From the NCBI RefSeq assembly GCF_006345805.1, contig NC_043001.1, forward strand, positions 83,018,001 to 83,082,000: DNA of 64,000 nucleotides. Reading direction: 5' to 3'. Positions 63,045-64,000 of this stretch are shown here, one piece after another. Under the pieces are notes generated by a model. It searched no databases. It was not told the DNA's origin and saw nothing but the letters and a program-made list of their open reading frames with translations. The position numbers and the translations under genes were made by a program. Each line of letters begins with the position of its first letter. Position 1 is the first letter of the stretch. The DNA is from Octopus sinensis (lineage: Eukaryota).

Positions 63045-63125
63045 TAAGTTACGGGGACGTAAACACACCAGCTTCGGTTGTCAAGCGATGTTGGGGGGAC
63101 AAAACACAGACACATTAAACACACT

Positions 63126-63166
<41 letters not shown>

Positions 63167-63325
63167 CTATATATATATATATATACATATATACGACAGG
63201 TTCTTTCAGTTTCCATCTACCAAATCCAGTCACAAGGCTTTGTTACTTTGCCCAATGTGCCACGCAGTGGGACTGAACCCGGAACCATGTGGTTGGTAAG
63301 CAAGCTACTTACCACGCAGCCACTC

Positions 63326-63356
<31 letters not shown>

Positions 63357-63532
63357 TTCAAACACGCACACACACATACACACACATACACACAACGTTT
63401 AAACATTAAATACTCGGAACACACATAGAAATCATGCATGCTTTGTAAAAACTTACAAAAATAACATACATGTATGCACACAAAAGGCATACAACATTTA
63501 TATAACAAACACATACACACAGCCACATGCAT

Positions 63533-63591
<59 letters not shown>

Positions 63592-63688
63592 AACACACAC
63601 AAAGCACATTTATAAATTATCCAGAGACACACTCCTAACACAGCGTACGCACACAAACTCACACGCACTTATAGAGAAGAGATAACAC

Positions 63689-63749
<61 letters not shown>

Positions 63750-63913
63750 ATATTATCTATATATATATACATATATACGACAGGTTCTTTCAGTTTCCAT
63801 CTACCAAATCCAGTCACAAGGCTTTGGTACTTGCCCAATGTGCCACGCAGTGGGACTGAACCCGGAACCATGTGGTTGTAAGCAAGCTACTTACCACGCA
63901 GCACTCATATACA

Positions 63914-63948
<35 letters not shown>

Positions 63949-64000
63949 ACACGCACACACAAATACACACACATACACACAACGTTTAAACATTAAATAC
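63045..64000 (-). repeat. SINE family B remnant duplicated with a 584-bp period
   Basis: CGACAGGTTCTTTCAGTTTCCATCTACC...ACGTTTAAACATTAAATAC starts at 63194 and again at 63778, with the same internal deletion. Confidence 0.85.

Overview
Gene-free, repeat-saturated eukaryotic DNA with two 100-N assembly gaps. The mix of very dense (TA)n/(CA)n/(GATA)n microsatellites, three tRNA-derived SINE families and TAA-tailed RLE LINEs looks like an octopus (coleoid cephalopod) genome; this is inferred from the repeat landscape only. I found no host exon I can support, and almost all ORFs in the track are microsatellite read-through. Recognisable coding remnants are all decayed transposons: two Dong/R4-like RLE LINEs (31900-34540 minus, 37251-40140 plus), a third RLE-LINE C-terminus, RTE-like and CR1-like fragments, Tc1, mariner and MULE transposase remnants, three non-autonomous Helitron-like elements and two hAT MITEs. 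The most interesting signal is at the RNA level. Type I hammerhead-ribozyme motifs (CUGANGA / GAAA / NUH with pairable helices) occur in at least two unrelated small repeats: a ~260-bp-monomer tandem array at 55.35-56.48 kb (minus strand, two motifs) and a 477-bp-period direct repeat at 9.96-10.62 kb (plus strand). A hammerhead-like motif also lies in a palindromic element at 23.5 kb. These look like retrozyme or Penelope-type elements, and the visible copies carry mutations. The window also has many unrelated foldback hairpins, mostly beside TA tracts, a stack of elements nested in TAA arrays, and a templated direct-plus-inverted insertion. All alignments were done by eye, so coordinates of degenerate repeats are approximate.
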